Origin: an uncultured Actinomycetota bacterium
GTDB lineage: Bacteria > Actinomycetota > Actinomycetes > Mycobacteriales > CADCTP01
Length of the DNA: 64,000 bases
Assembly: GCA_963770145.1 (NCBI GenBank)
Contig: CAVYOJ010000002.1
Coordinates: 794,326-858,325, forward strand
Reading direction: 5' to 3'
Both the position numbers and the translations under genes were made by a program. The notes under the pieces were generated by a model. The model saw nothing but the letters and a program-made list of their open reading frames with translations, was not told where the DNA came from and made no database searches. How positions within the stretch are numbered: the stretch's first letter is position 1; each line of letters starts with the position of its first letter. This document shows, one piece after another, positions 63,023 through 64,000 of this stretch.

Positions 63023-63853
63023 TCAGCGCAAGGCGCTGCCGGAGGCGACCAGCAGCGCCACGTCGACCGCGGCGACCACCAGCACGCCGAGGAAGGCCGC
63101 CCGGGAGCCCGGCCGCCGCCCGAGCACTCCGGCGCCGACCGCAGCGACGACGGCGACCGCGACGGCGGCGATCCCGAGCGGGCCGGGCGGTCCGGGCGGG
63201 CCGACCGCGAGCACCAGCGAGGCGGCCGCGAGCAGCGTCCCGGCGGCGACCCGGGAGCCGGTGGCGCCGAGCCGCTGCGGCAGCCCGCGTACGCCGGTGG
63301 CCAGGTCGTCGTCGATGTCCGGCAGCACGTTGGCGAAGTGCGCGCCGGCGCCGAGCAGCGCACCCGCCGCGACCAGCCAGCCGTACACGGGGTGGCCGGG
63401 CAGGCCGGCGGTGATGAAGGCGGGCAGCAGCCCGAACGAGACCGCGTACGGCAGCACGGACAGCACGGTCGCCTTGAGCCAGAGGTTGTACGACCAGGCC
63501 GAGGCGACCGCGATCAGGTGCAGGCTGCCGGCGAACCAGCCGGACAGCAGCGAGAGCGGCACCACGGCGATGGCGGCGACGGCGGTCGCGGTGCGCAGGG
63601 TGGCCGGCGCCAGCATCCCGGCGACCACCGGCTTGTCCGCCCGGTGCACCCGCACGTCGCGGTCCCGGTCCAGGTAGTCGTTCATCCAGCCGACCGAGAG
63701 CTGGCCGGCCAGCACGGCGGCGGCGACCGCGATCGTGCCGGCGACGCCCCGGCCGACGGCGGCGGCCACCGCCGCGGCCACCGCGGTCACGGCCGCGGTC
63801 GGCTCGGGGTGGCAGGCCCGGACCAGCGCGCGGACGGTCCCCACGGCGCCCAC
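63023..63853 (-). CDS. UbiA family prenyltransferase
   Basis: Intact 276 aa, polytopic. Aspartate-rich motifs NDYLDRDRD and DIDDD. Confidence 0.88.
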   Translation of the reverse strand: MGAVGTVRALVRACHPEPTAAVTAVAAAVAAAVGRGVAGTIAVAAAVLAGQLSVGWMNDYLDRDRDVRVHRADKPVVAGMLAPATLRTATAVAAIAVVPLSLLSGWFAGSLHLIAVASAWSYNLWLKATVLSVLPYAVSFGLLPAFITAGLPGHPVYGWLVAAGALLGAGAHFANVLPDIDDDLATGVRGLPQRLGATGSRVAAGTLLAAASLVLAVGPPGPPGPLGIAAVAVAVVAAVGAGVLGRRPGSRAAFLGVLVVAAVDVALLVASGSALR

Positions 63854-63867
63854 CGTAGAGACGCCGG

Positions 63868-64000
63868 TCAGCTGGCGGGCGCCGCCTCGGGGACGAGCGC
63901 CGACAGCCTGCCCTCCACCGCGCCCGGCGTCGGCGTCGGCAGCACCTCGGCGACCTGGCCGTCGGCACCGACGAACACCAGCACCGGACCGCCGGCGACC
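63868..64000 (-). CDS. partial CDS (C-terminal 44 aa only), function unknown, possibly thioredoxin-fold
   Basis: Minus-strand translation ...VAGGPVLVFVGADGQVAEVLPTPTPGAVEGRLSALVPEAAPAS-stop (TCA at 63868-70) has high GC3. It is too short to assign. Confidence 0.35.
   Translation of the reverse strand, partial: VAGGPVLVFVGADGQVAEVLPTPTPGAVEGRLSALVPEAAPAS

Overview
High-GC (about 72%) actinomycete chromosomal segment, Micromonosporaceae-like by gene content; the taxon cannot be fixed from this window. I support about 64 protein-coding genes. I found no rRNA, tRNA, CRISPR array, IS element or prophage.

Backbone: the gene order is collinear with the Mycobacterium tuberculosis Rv3628-to-Rv3584 region (locus numbers are recalled, not searched). 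It runs ppa, dacB, DUF2342 metalloprotease, tilS, hpt, ftsH, folE-folP-folB-folK-DUF3180, an Rv3604c-like gene, DUF2520, panC, coaX, lysS, lsr2, clpC1, mutY, an Rv3587c-like gene, disA, radA and an LpqE-like lipoprotein.

Accessory blocks interrupt this backbone:
- 21.6-24.1 kb: a PAS-GGDEF cyclase and an orphan OpuAC-type lipoprotein.
- 25.0-41.8 kb: a split NitT/TauT-type ABC transporter with a structured leader, then amidohydrolase and 2OG-Fe(II) oxygenase genes, a LivJ-like binding protein, a complete conservon (cvnABCD), an orphan NuoD-like gene with a MazG-like gene, an ankyrin-repeat protein and a MidA-type methyltransferase.
- Several regulator/efflux pairs: PadR-MFS, MarR-methyltransferase, LysR-EamA, TetR-DrrAB.

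Major caveat: reading frames jump by +1 at 55 or more places, including in essential genes (ftsH, clpC1, panC, coaX, folK, disA). Every jump I could resolve by hand behaves as a single-base insertion. I therefore treat these as sequence or assembly errors and call the genes CDS rather than pseudogenes. Frameshift positions are approximate (+/-15 nt).

No clear-cut novel multi-gene system is evident. The best candidates for follow-up are the 213-nt leader at 26591-26803, the transporter/amidohydrolase/oxygenase island behind it, the orphan NuoD-like/MazG-like pair, a Pro-rich repeat ORF at 10.05-10.27 kb, and a sharp codon-composition break inside lysS upstream of lsr2.
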